A stretch of DNA of 64,000 nucleotides, taken from the NCBI GenBank assembly GCA_051294905.1, contig CM119386.1:9920001-9984000 (forward strand). The letters are read 5' to 3'. The notes below the pieces were generated by a model that did no database searches, was not told the origin of the DNA, and worked only from the letters and a program-made list of their open reading frames with translations. Below are positions 24,690 through 36,259 of this stretch, one piece after another (the first letter of the stretch is position 1; each line of letters begins with the position of its first letter). This DNA comes from Botryllus schlosseri (lineage: Eukaryota). A program made the position numbers and the translations under genes.

Positions 24690-26173
24690 CAATGTTCCCT
24701 CTAAGCTGCGCACGTGCGCAAATGCGCAGTGCTGAAACGGTCTCTGCGCACAGAAAATCTACGCTGCGCACAAAAAATCAGAAATGATGTTTTTTTTTAT
24801 AGTTGTTGCGCACTGTTGTCCAATGGACCACGCAGGCGCGCAGATTCGTGAAAATTAAGATGGAACATTGTCAGGGCCAAATAGTGTTATCACTGAAGTC
24901 TGAAATCGAGGTACAAGTGCGCCCCACAAAGGTAACTATTGCGCTACGTGAAGAAATAAGAATTCACTATCACGTGCGCCTCACGGAAGATATTTTTTTC
25001 AGTATGGCCTCGTACGCGCGAGCGATACTGATATCATTTCAATAGCGCATTATTTTCTGGGAATGGCGAAATAACATGGTTTAACAAAGTTATAAATATT
25101 AATGGGCTAGCTCGAAGTTAATCTCCGAGAAACTAACGAATAGTTTTCTCCGCGTGGCATGAACATTGCGTAAGATTTACTCAGGTCCGTAAATTTCGCA
25201 CACAAACCCCCCAATTGGAGGGGCCGAGCTCGATGGGGGTCCAAAATTATTTCGAGAATTAACATAAATCATGGTGTATTTTTTTGGAATTTTTCAGGAA
25301 TTTTTTTTCGCTCTACGCGCGTTTTATTATTGTCAGATATCTGATTATTGGGTACCCTTTCCCAACAAAAATTACGCATGATTTATAGAAATGGGCAGTT
25401 AAGCGTAGGCCATCACCGCACCATGACGCGCCAAGACATATGAAGTTAAAGGCTATGTAACATGCGACTCCAAGAAGTGTGCCAGAACGATCAGCAGTGA
25501 GAAAACCTTGGGCGAAAAAGACTGCCCCGGTGCTGACCGAAAACTTCGATATATACAAATATATGTGTGATTGTCCATGTCCATCGGCGCCTTAATGGCT
25601 GGCGCCGAATATTCCTGTCCTGGCGATCCGAGTCCCACAACAAGACGAATGCCATATCGAGGGAACATTATTTTCCAGTTAAGAAATACCAATTTGAAAT
25701 CGTGTACGTCTTTTACTTTAGTACGTTTTGACGATTTCAACATCTTTTGACATAGCAGATAGGGGTCACGAAATAGCATCATGTAACGAAGTCATTATAT
25801 CAATTGGTACGCCCAAAGATGTTTTATTATTATTTAGAGGGCATATCTATTCCAACACACCTCACTGGATCAGCTCTACCGGTAAATCTGATTATATGAG
25901 CAGGGAGAGGATAAAAATTGATAGCAATATATATGCAATTCTCGATCATATTGTCCGATGCAATCATGAACTATGTAAATTTTTCGCGCTTCGCGCGTTT
26001 AGGGACGGTGCTACTAAATGGGCACCCAATGTAGAAGATAAGTACCAGAAAAGCTTAGAGCCCTAGGGGGGTTTTGTCACCCTATTGGAGAGTGGTTGCG
26101 CACTGTTGTCCGAGGGCCTGCGCAGTGAGTTGGCGTGTTTGCGCAGGCTCTTGAAAAATTAGAGGGAACATTG
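24690..26173. mobile_element. Non-autonomous hAT-type element (CAATGTTCCCTCTAA TIR)
   Basis: TIRs at both ends; 8-bp TSD ATAGAGAG (24682-24689, 26174-26181). Confidence 0.85.
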
Positions 26174-26252
26174 ATAGAGAGGCGGTCCTTTGTCGACAGA
26201 CAATGTTTTCTAGTTTATGATAGTCGATTCGAGAACATTAAATGGACAATAC

Positions 26253-29200
26253 TGTAACACGAGAAATGGTCAAGTGATTGTGAGCCTCGCAGCTCAGTAG
26301 TGCCCTCTGTGGTTGGATTGTCCCCTCGTGTCTTGATAGTCACTTGTTGAAGTCGAGTCGCTTTGTTGCTTGTAATATCATTGGATCAGTGATTGAAGTT
26401 AGGCTAAATTTGGGGATATAATGTACCATAGGGCATTATTTGTATGTTCAAGTATTGTATAAGTTTAAGCCATCATTCAGGTGATTGTATTTTATTGTTT
26501 AGATTGAAAGTTTAGAGCCTAGAGAGTTAACTGTTGTTAACCGCTATTGTGACTATTGCCTCGACGTTGACGTGATCTTTCTATGTAGTAAATTGCTATC
26601 CTATTCTGTAACTGTTTGAGTTACATTTGACCGGGTCTCAGGGGTAGGCTCGGATTGTAGGAAGCAAAGAAAGTGAGGTGGTAGTCTCAATTCGAGTTGG
26701 CAAGCTACTCGACAAGCCTAAAATTGTCACAGCCAAAACTCTAATCAAGTAAATATAACGAACTGTCGTTTGAGCTAGGCAACGACCAAAACGTCCGTTA
26801 CATTTAAGTTAACAACAATCTCAGAAGTTATTTGAAGACTATCAAAACGGCAATTTTTGGTAGAAACGGTCGTCCACAGTTTGATATATCCAAGCCTATT
26901 GTATAGACTTGGCCATTGTTGAATATCAATTGCTGTAAGTGGAGTACCGGTATTGTACCGTTTGACAACTGTTAGTAGAAGTATTGTATTGGAAGAGCTG
27001 ACATTGAATTGATTGTTAGAATCAGCTTTAGTAGCAGTTGATACAAATTCGTAAGACTATTGAGGCTGGTGTTCCCAATAGAAAATTTGACTGCTAAGCC
27101 AAGGGTTCTCAGCAGAAGTATTTTGCATTTGAATGAGATATAGGTTCTCATATGAGGCTAGTGTCCTCCATACATGAAATTGTCCTCGTTGTAATTGAAA
27201 GTAGAAGCAAGTTCAGGAGTTGTTAATTGGCCCAGCCCTAGGTAAGCAAATAGTTAGTTCACGTCAGTCAAAACGGTAATGTGCAACTGAGGTTTCCAAC
27301 GTCTCTCCAATTCGTACCTGATGAAAAACAACAATGACCATGGCAAGAATTAAGTGTGTGTCTGAAGAAGAATTGATTCAGAAGTTGGCCGGACTGCATA
27401 GAAGATATGAAAGCATTGAACACGAAATCTTGACCCGAGACGTAAATATCAATCTTCTGAGACATCAAAGTGATCTACAGTGTATGTTTCAAGAATATTC
27501 TACACTCTGGAGTTTATATCTCCTCGGAGTCGAAGATGATCTAGAAATGATTGCATGTCATGAAGATCATGATAAACAAGTGAGAATTTATCATGAATTC
27601 CAAACTAAGTTGGAGAGATGCATGCAAGAAAGATCGAAACATACACGTTTGAATTATATTGGAAGCAGTCGTCATATGTCTCGGCGATTTGGAAATGCTT
27701 ATTCTGCCAGCATACATGATAGTGTAAACGTGAAGAGAAAAGAAGCAATAATCAAAAAGAAAATGGCTCATTTGAAATTGGCTCATCAGTTCAATCGCGA
27801 AGTTTTGGAAGATGAGAAAGTAATGATTGAACGTAAAACGTCACGATTACGATTGAAGCAAGACTTTGAACTTGCTTGCGTTGAAGCAAGTATTTGGAAA
27901 TCCTCAGCTAACGTGCACAAGCTACATTCATACTCGCAGAAGAATACTGAAGAAATGGCTGTTTGTCAAAGTACTGCTCTGAAGCAAAGCAGTGTAAATA
28001 CAGAGAATCCAGTTTCTCCTGCCCCCGTGGGACTTGTTGTGAAAGGCCTTGGCAACACTGCACAAGTATTTGTCAATGGGACAAGCAAAGATAAATGTGA
28101 TGCGAAAGGTCAGGATGTGGAATGTCCAAGTAATTCTGAAGCTGCAGTATTCAATTCCACTGAAGTCGATGTTATCGTCGATCCTGTCAATGCGCCACAC
28201 CCAATTGAAGATTGCATCAAGGCAAATACTTGTGTTCAGGACCTTGGTATTTTGAAAGGAAACTATGACAACGTTGAGGACTGTGACACAGAATGTTCTC
28301 AAACCACAATGGTTAAATTCGACAGTGCTAGGTCTTGTAAATTTCCTGATATTGGAAAGGCGCTGAAATGTATTCCGGAAGACGTTCTCCATGTGAACAG
28401 AGTTGATAATCATAATCCGGAACATACATTGTTGTTGGAACACTCCGGTTGTTCTCGTGATGCAAAGTTTGAAGGTGAAACCGAATCACCTAATGCGCAT
28501 GATGAAGTATCAATACTTCACAAGTCAAGCCATCCTGATCCAACTGGTAATGGTCAGGTAGCAAAGATGCCTGTGCAATTTGTGCATAGAGAAGTGACAG
28601 GAGATCAATTCACATTTGAGAAACGATATTCTCTTGATGCCAATATTGAAAAGTTGATGACACAGGTGTCAATGGATTGCGCATTGGATTCAAAGATTGA
28701 AGCATGCTCTCGTTCCATAACTGGTGATGATGGGATTCGCAATGCGAGTGCTAATTTCCAATCGAAATTGTTGAAGGATCCACAAGGGTATTCTTACAGT
28801 ACTGAGTTTGATGAAAAAGCACCTCTTTATAATGGGGCTTGTCTTCAAGAGCTGGCTCGGTTTGGTAGCATGGACAAATCAATGTTGGAGTGGGCTGCCA
28901 TTTGGATTGGCACTGATATATTGTCATTATCCTTCTTTTATAAGGAGGTGCAAACGGAAACAGCTTTGGAGACCTTGAAGAAGATCGATTGTATGGTGAA
29001 TGCCATTGTGCGATGTGGATCGAACTCCGATATCTCCCAAAGAAGAAGAGTGGAACCTTTCTTCATGGAGTTCCAGTTTTTTGTTCGTACTTGGTTGATT
29101 GTACAGCCAGTAAACAGATGGTTGTTCGAAAATGTTACTTGAAGAAACCTTTTGAAGAACATTTGACCTATATTGATAGTGACATTGTGGCATGAGTTGA

Positions 29201-29846
29201 TTGGTTATTTGAATTCCTTTTCTTTGGTTTGCTAATATCTCGTGCTATTAGGTTTAGTCGATGTATTCTCATGGTTCCTACATCTGTGGGGGGGAATGTA
29301 ACACGAGAAATGGTCAAGTGATTGTGAGCCTCGCAGCTCAGTAGTGCCCTCTGTGGTTGGATTGTCCCCTCGTGTCTTGATAGTCACTTGTTGAAGTCGA
29401 GTCGCTTTGTTGCTTGTAATATCATTGGATCAGTGATTGAAGTTAGGCTAAATTTGGGGATATAATGTACCATAGGGCATTATTTGTATGTTCAAGTATT
29501 GTATAAGTTTAAGCCATCATTCAGGTGATTGTATTTTATTGTTTAGATTGAAAGTTTAGAGCCTAGAGAGTTAACTGTTGTTAACCGCTATTGTGACTAT
29601 TGCCTCGACGTTGACGTGATCTTTCTATGTAGTAAATTGCTATCCTATTCTGTAACTGTTTGAGTTACATTTGACCGGGTCTCAGGGGTAGGCTCGGATT
29701 GTAGGAAGCAAAGAAAGTGAGGTGGTAGTCTCAATTCGAGTTGGCAAGCTACTCGACAAGCCTAAAATTGTCACAGCCAAAACTCTAATCAAGTAAATAT
29801 AACGAACTGTCGTTTGAGCTAGGCAACGACCAAAACGTCCGTTACA
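26253..29846 (+). mobile_element. LTR retrotransposon, BEL/Pao-like, non-autonomous and recent
   Basis: Two 550-bp LTRs (26253-26802, 29297-29846) with TG...CA ends and no difference found by eye; 5-bp TSD AATAC; PPT GTGGGGGGGAA before the 3' LTR. Confidence 0.9.
27334..29142 (+). CDS. Single 602-aa ORF of the LTR element: coiled-coil Gag-like N-terminus plus degenerate pol-like relics
   Basis: Long uninterrupted ORF between the LTRs; helical, charged N-terminus; no recognisable RT (YxDD) or intact integrase. Confidence 0.7.
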   Translation: MTMARIKCVSEEELIQKLAGLHRRYESIEHEILTRDVNINLLRHQSDLQCMFQEYSTLWSLYLLGVEDDLEMIACHEDHDKQVRIYHEFQTKLERCMQERSKHTRLNYIGSSRHMSRRFGNAYSASIHDSVNVKRKEAIIKKKMAHLKLAHQFNREVLEDEKVMIERKTSRLRLKQDFELACVEASIWKSSANVHKLHSYSQKNTEEMAVCQSTALKQSSVNTENPVSPAPVGLVVKGLGNTAQVFVNGTSKDKCDAKGQDVECPSNSEAAVFNSTEVDVIVDPVNAPHPIEDCIKANTCVQDLGILKGNYDNVEDCDTECSQTTMVKFDSARSCKFPDIGKALKCIPEDVLHVNRVDNHNPEHTLLLEHSGCSRDAKFEGETESPNAHDEVSILHKSSHPDPTGNGQVAKMPVQFVHREVTGDQFTFEKRYSLDANIEKLMTQVSMDCALDSKIEACSRSITGDDGIRNASANFQSKLLKDPQGYSYSTEFDEKAPLYNGACLQELARFGSMDKSMLEWAAIWIGTDILSLSFFYKEVQTETALETLKKIDCMVNAIVRCGSNSDISQRRRVEPFFMEFQFFVRTWLIVQPVNRWLFENVT

Positions 29847-30115
29847 AATACAACATCTACGTGTACAATTATGCATTTATTAGTGAGTTTTATACTCAAA
29901 TAAATGATTAAGCTGTAAATAAAGCAACGAAAGACTTAACCGAAACTTGCACTTGTCACTACCTTCAACTCCAGTGAGTAGACACAAAAAGTCTTTGTTA
30001 GCATGAACACAAGTCATGTGTGACGGTATGAGCCATAACCATACATCCCCCCACAACTCCGATAAAGGCACAACTTGAGGAGTGAAAAAGAAAAAGGCGC
30101 AACAATAAACATGCA

Positions 30116-30810
30116 TCAATATGAATACAACGCGCCCAGGACATAGTCTTTGTGCCAAAGTGGAGGATTTTTGACACGGTTTGACTTGCGGCCACCATCA
30201 GCGCTGGTTGATGGTGAAGTACCAGGAGAGTCATCATCCATGTACGCATCGTCAACATCATCCACAGGCTGGTCGTTGCAGTCTTCTTCCTCGTGAGCGT
30301 CATTGAGAATCCTCTGCGCGGGATTCGCACCATCGACATGCGGTGACTCAGGTGTCGGCACGGGTGATAAAGTTTCCGTACCATGCCGCTTTTCAGCATA
30401 TCGACAGAATGGCTGTACTTTACGAAGGTACTTTCTGTTTCGCAAAGTCAATCTCCCGGACCCATCAATCTTAACAAGATACTGGTCATTGCCGTTACAC
30501 TGAACAATCATACCGGTCTTGTCCCATCGAAGAGGGAAACGTCCATGTTGATTTTGTACACGACATATGTCCCCCACTTCAAGGGGTGCCAGATTATGAG
30601 TGCGCGGTCGCAAAGATTCGAGCTGCTTAGCGAACCTGGTACGTAATGTACGTTCTCTTGTTTGCCATAGCTTTGTCCACATCGGTCTTACGATATGTCC
30701 GTTGAAGACTGAACCTACTTTCTTGAATGGCAGAGCGTCTTTCAAAGGTCTTCCAAAAACGATTTGAGCTGGAGACAGGCCATTGTCTGGATCAGGACAG
30801 TTTCTGAACT
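30116..30810 (-). pseudogene. Gypsy integrase C-terminus
   Basis: QFRNCPDPDNGLSPAQIVFGRPLKD...VQNQ...WDKTG...YLVKIDGSGRLTLRNRKYLR. Confidence 0.85.
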
Positions 30811-33106
30811 GTAACACGGGGGTAACCCTAAAAGGAGGGAACGCGGAAACTGCGGAAAACGCGGAACTCGCGGAAATGGCCCCTAAAACGCGGAAACTGC
30901 GGAAAAAGCGGGAAACCTCGATTCCTAAAGCGCTGAAAACAAAGGAAAACGCGGAACGCGGAACACTCGGTCATTGACCTCTATAGAGCACAAAGTAGGC
31001 ACTAAAACGAGGAAACAGCGGAAAAGGCGGAACGCGGGACAGTCGGTCATCGACATTTGTAGATCTCATTGAAGGAACTCTAAAGTCTAAAACGAGGAAA
31101 CTGCGGGACACCAATTTTAGAGTGAGGCGATTTAGGCCTCATAAATAGCAGAGAACTGTCGTAATAGTTGAAAATTGAAATTACTAGGTATCTGAGAGTC
31201 AGACAGTCGTTCACTAACAATTATACACCTGGCCTCGCGGAACATACCTTGAAAACGCGGGAGCTGCGAGGCACCCTAATTTTCGAGTATAAGGCAGATT
31301 TAACCTCACAAACGACCGCAAACCGTCGTGATAGTTATAAATCGAACTTATGAAGTATCTGAGGGTTAAGCCTTCGGTCACCGACGCTAATAGACGCTGA
31401 ACATAGCCTGGCGGAATATATATAGAAAACGCGGAAACTGCTAACACCTTAATTTTCGAATACAACGCAGATTTAACCTCACCACACCATCGGCCGCGAA
31501 CTGTCGTGATAGTTAAAAATCGAACTTATGAAGTATCTGAAGGTTAAACATTCGGTCACTAACGCTTATACACGCGCAGCGTGGCCTCGTGACAAACATC
31601 TAGAAACCGCGGGACACAAATGTTCAAGTATAAGGCAAATTATGCCTCAAATGGCAGAGGACTGTCGTATAAAGTTAAAAATTGAACTTATCAAGTATCT
31701 GCGGGTCAAACATTCGTTCACTAACGATTATACACGCCCAGCATATGGCCTCGTGGCAAATATCTAGAAACCGCGGGACACCCGAAATTTCGAGTTTAAG
31801 ACAAGTTTGACCTCACAAAGGGCCGAGAACTGTCGTAATAGGTAAAAATTGAATTAATGAGGTATCTGATGGTTAAACATTGGGTCACTTAGCCTTGTAA
31901 TCGCTGAACATGACCTGGTGGAAAGTATATAGAAAACGCGGAAACTGCGGAGCACCCTAAATTTCGAGTATAAGACGAATTTGGCGTCACAAATGGCCGA
32001 GAACTGTCGTAAAACAGTTAAAAATTGAGCTTATGAGTTATCTGATGGTTAAACTTCGGGAACTTAGCCTTGTAAACGCTGAACATGGCCTGGTGGAAAA
32101 TATCTAGAAACTGCGGAACACCCTAAATTTCGAGTATAAGGTGAATTAGGCCCCATAAACACCAGAGGACTGTCGTACAAAAGTTAAAAACTGCACTTAT
32201 GAAGTATCTGAGGATCAAACATTCGGTCACTGACCATTATACATTCACGAACCATCTGCCCTCGTAGAAAATATGATCTAGAAAACGTGGAAACTGAGGG
32301 GACTCAAATTTTACCGAATACATATAGAATAACACCCACGGAAGTATTGTAATCGGAAGAAAACACGAATTTCATTGACAAGTTGTTATTATCGAGCATC
32401 AATTCTCGATGAATTTCTACATTCGTGGTTGCCCTTGTCATTTCATAGTGCTAGATCTAGACATACGTCCGTTTTTTTTTCGCTCAGTGTTACTGTTCTG
32501 GGCGTGGGTGAATGCATGCATGTTTTTTATTACTTGACCTTCAATTATTTTTTGCGTTTATGATACTACCGGTTGATGATTTGGTTACTTTAATAATTCG
32601 TTTCACCTCTTTGCGCATTAATATTTTTCGCCATTTTACCAGTCTTAGATACATCTAATTTAAGCGTTCAATAGGAATAGCATGGACGGAGTTGCATTTA
32701 AAACAAACACGTTTAAAACAAGGCCTTTGGTTGAAACATGTATTTTATTGTTTATTGTTTTTTAAGCCATGACGTCGCGAATATTCAATTGTGATGTCAT
32801 AGTGGATTCACATTGGTAATTGAAAATAGAGATTAAATATAGCTCCTTTGACGAAATATATGTACTATTGCTGTTGAACCGACTTTTCTGAGGGGTCCAA
32901 CCATCCCATATCGATATACGTCGGCTATATCTGGTGGTAATTGTCCGTAAGCTCATACAACATGCTTTTTGGAAAGTATTTACTAGGGATGGTGTGAACC
33001 TCTGAAAGGTTCGGGTTCGTGTGAACGCGAACCTTTTTGAAAGGTTCTGTGTGAACACGAACGTGAACCTCATGACGTCACGTGACGTCATATTGCTAAT
33101 TCCAAC

Positions 33107-36100
33107 CGGGGCCTACGATAACTTACGGCCTTATCTGGTACAAAACACTTGCAAGATCGAGGAGGCCGGCGCTCGCAAAACAGACATCGGCGATTGTTTT
33201 CGATTTCTACCAGACGACTCCCTTTTGAAGCCATAGTATTCGTTACGCAGCTACCGTTGAGCATTTGCGATTGGGCTTCTCTGTATAGCAGACGGCTTAC
33301 AGTTTGAGGCAAAGATTTCGAGCTAGTAGCTGCATTTGAATTATTATGGATTATGGAATCATGCCGTGACTAGCTATGATACTACAATAACGAATGTGTT
33401 CGATTGCAGTCGCGACTGAGTTATGTTTAGGTGCCGTTTTGACTAGCTTATAACTATGAGGTAGGCTACCTTTACTCGGCTAACCGTTGTGCATTTGCGA
33501 TTGTGGTTCTCTGTATAGCAGACGGCTTTCATTTTAAGGGAAAGATTTTTAGCCATATATTCGGTGCGTTTGAATTATTATCGATTATGGAATCATGCCG
33601 TGATTAGCTATAAAACTACAGTAACGACTGTGTTCGATTGCGGTGGCGACTGAGTTACGTTTAGCTGCCGTTTTGACTAGCTTATAACTATGAGGTAGGC
33701 TACCTTTATTCAGTTGGTAAATAACTCATTATATTGCGGCGTTATGCGCGCCCACTATTATCAGCCGAGAATTCATGGCGATATTTCATGCGGCCTTCCT
33801 GACAGCGAATTTCGACTGACTATATACTTAGTAATTCAGGCTTGACTTAAGGCATAATAATGGCCAACAAATGTTGTGTTTATGGTTGTAAGACAGGATA
33901 TCTGACAACTGGGAAAAGGTTTCGTCATTCCGCTTTACATTTTATGATTTGAAGTTCCTCTGCTTCCTTGGTTCACACAAGGAACAAGTGCTACTCTGAC
34001 TAAGTTTGGTGCTTTACTTAATTTAGCGAAATATCTCGAAAATGTCTGAAAAATCCGCCAACAATTTACTGGAAGAGCTTCCAAATCTACTATATTACAA
34101 GACTCGGTGTTGCTCATATTGCGTATTCATCCGAAATAGATTCGTTTTGCGCTCCTACTTCGGTATACATCTGCGCAAGCTTATAGAATTCATACAAGAA
34201 GGTTTCCATTTCCCTCAACGTCAACGTTGTCTCGGTACAGTAAATGGAGCGTTGACGCATTTAAAGTCCATGGAGATATGAAAGAAGAGGGCGAGATCTC
34301 CACTGAAATAATGTTGATGGTATAGATGAGATGTACTTACAGAAAGGTGTTCAATAGCACGCTGGTAAATATTATGGAGTAGATGAAAGCGGTCACTTAT
34401 AAAGGCATTGTTGTAATGATGATCTCTTCAAAAATCTTCTTCAATCGTGGTGGAGGCACTGCCAGAGACCGAAATTACGGGAAGATGGTAGGCGGAAGAA
34501 TTACTAGAGTGTATTGCTACTCTCAATGAGAATGGAGTTTTTGTTCGGGATAATCATCCATCCATTGTGAAAGCATTTCAAATATTGCGAGAAAAATACC
34601 TTAGCAATGACGAGTTCTCTTTTCGTTAATACACCCTGCAAGAAACTATCAATTGAAAGATAGTTCTCGCAGTACAGGAAAATGAGTGGGGGACGGTTTC
34701 TAGTCGGTTTAACAGAAGTTACCAATTCTGAAAAGATAATACTGCTCCGTTCCATGCTGAAAATTGACATTAATTTCTGGGGACATTAAGTTTGTGTGTA
34801 AAGCTCAGCTCATTTGGATCGTTTTAAATATGTGGCAATTGAACTTACTCGATGACTTATATCTCCTGACAGTGAGGAGGTGTCCTACTATGTTGCTGGG
34901 TACATTGACAAAAATGTCCTCAAAAATTGCAATTGCAAATTGCTTGCCTCTGTGAGAAAATATGATGCGAAGGACTTTAAAAAACGGAAGTTGAGCAGCA
35001 TATGCTTCATTGATGCATTTGATTACTCGAATTTGTTGTTGAAGCTTTATAACCATAAGCTTGGTGTTCGTTTTTGCAGTAGTTACTTGTGAAAACACTT
35101 ATATAAAGGCATTGTTGTAATGATGGTCCATGGTCTTCAAAAATCAACATCCATCGTGGTGAAGGCACTGCCAGAAACCGAAATTACGGGAAGATGGTTG
35201 GCAGAAGAATTACGGGATTGTATTGCCACTCTCAATGAGAATGGATTTTGCGTTCGAGGACTTGTATCAGATAATCATCCATCCAATGTGAAAGCATTTG
35301 AAATAATGCGAGAAAAGTGCCCTAGCAATGATGATTTCTCTTTTCATTACACATCCTGCAAGAACAAAACGTATCTATTTTTTGATAATGTTCATCTTGT
35401 AAAGAACATACGAAACAACTTGCTCCGAGCCAAGAAATTTGTTTTTCCACCATTCTCCTTCTGCATAAATTCTTCAATAATATCATCTCCGGGTGGATTC
35501 ATTGCATGGAGCGACCTTCACAAGATCAGAGAATGTGACGACAAGCTGGATGCGAATTTGCGCAAGGCGCCGAAATTGACGTATGCCTCTTTGCATCCGG
35601 GCAATAACAAGCAAAATGTTAATTTAGCTCTCGCTCCATTCCACGAGTCGACTATTGCAGCTTGCAAAAGCTACCTGCCTCACAGGGAAGATATGGCTTC
35701 ATTCTTGAGCCTAATTAATGCTTGGTGGACAATTGTAAATAGCTGTCACAGATATTCACCCAATCCATTGTCTGATGCAGTAATTTCACATGATGGTAAA
35801 ATCAATTTCCTACAAGATTTCTCTAATTGGCTGATCAAATGGAACGGATACAACCCTCAAAATTATTGCCTGTCCAAGCAAACATTCAAAGCTCTGATCG
35901 GAACTTATGAACTTATGAAAATGACTTCAATTTATTCTTTACATGCTGTAATTGATTTTACCATGCATTAAAATACTTATCATTAGCAAGTTTATTCCTT
36001 ACCGCTATATAGTCTATTTGTGTGATTAGTGGATAAGGGGATATACTGGATAATTGTATCTTGGATGCTGTCAATTGTAACTTTAGGAAAGTACTAATTT

Positions 36101-36259
36101 CGTCTGTTATACGGCTTTGCTAGACTTATCCTAAGGGAGGGATCTGGTTGCGAGAAACGAAATCGTAAGCAATCGCTGATGTCTGTTTTGCGAACGTCGG
36201 CCTCCCCGATGTTGCAAGTGGAATGCGCCATATAAGGCCGTAAGTTATCGTAGGCCCCG
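33107..36259 (+). mobile_element. P-superfamily (THAP9-like) element nested in the hAT
   Basis: 29-bp TIR CGGGGCCTACGATAACTTACGGCCTTAT at both ends; 7-bp TSD TTCCAAC; transposase remnants inside. Confidence 0.85.
33950..35910 (+). pseudogene. P-element/THAP9-like transposase, fragmented and internally duplicated
   Basis: ORF 35120-35971: LVSDNHPSNVKAF...LFFDNVHLVKNIRNNLL...KLTYASLHPGNNKQNVNLAL. A frameshifted earlier copy lies at ~34400-34760 and a C-terminal YYVAGYI...CNC piece at 34880-35092. Confidence 0.8.

Noticed and set aside
27541-29195. Antisense and alternative-frame ORFs overlapping the 602-aa LTR ORF
   Set aside because: Shadow frames of the main ORF.
30783-32300. ORFs 30783-30977, 31168-31353, 31214-31465 and 31528-31767, with mirror copies at 39570-40123
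   Set aside because: Chance frames in the Foldback arms. Their mirrored duplication reflects the TIRs, and they contain no protein motifs.
31100-32300. Regular ~170-bp repeats as a possible CRISPR array
   Set aside because: The units are long and diverged over their whole length with no unique spacers, there are no cas genes, and the context is eukaryotic.
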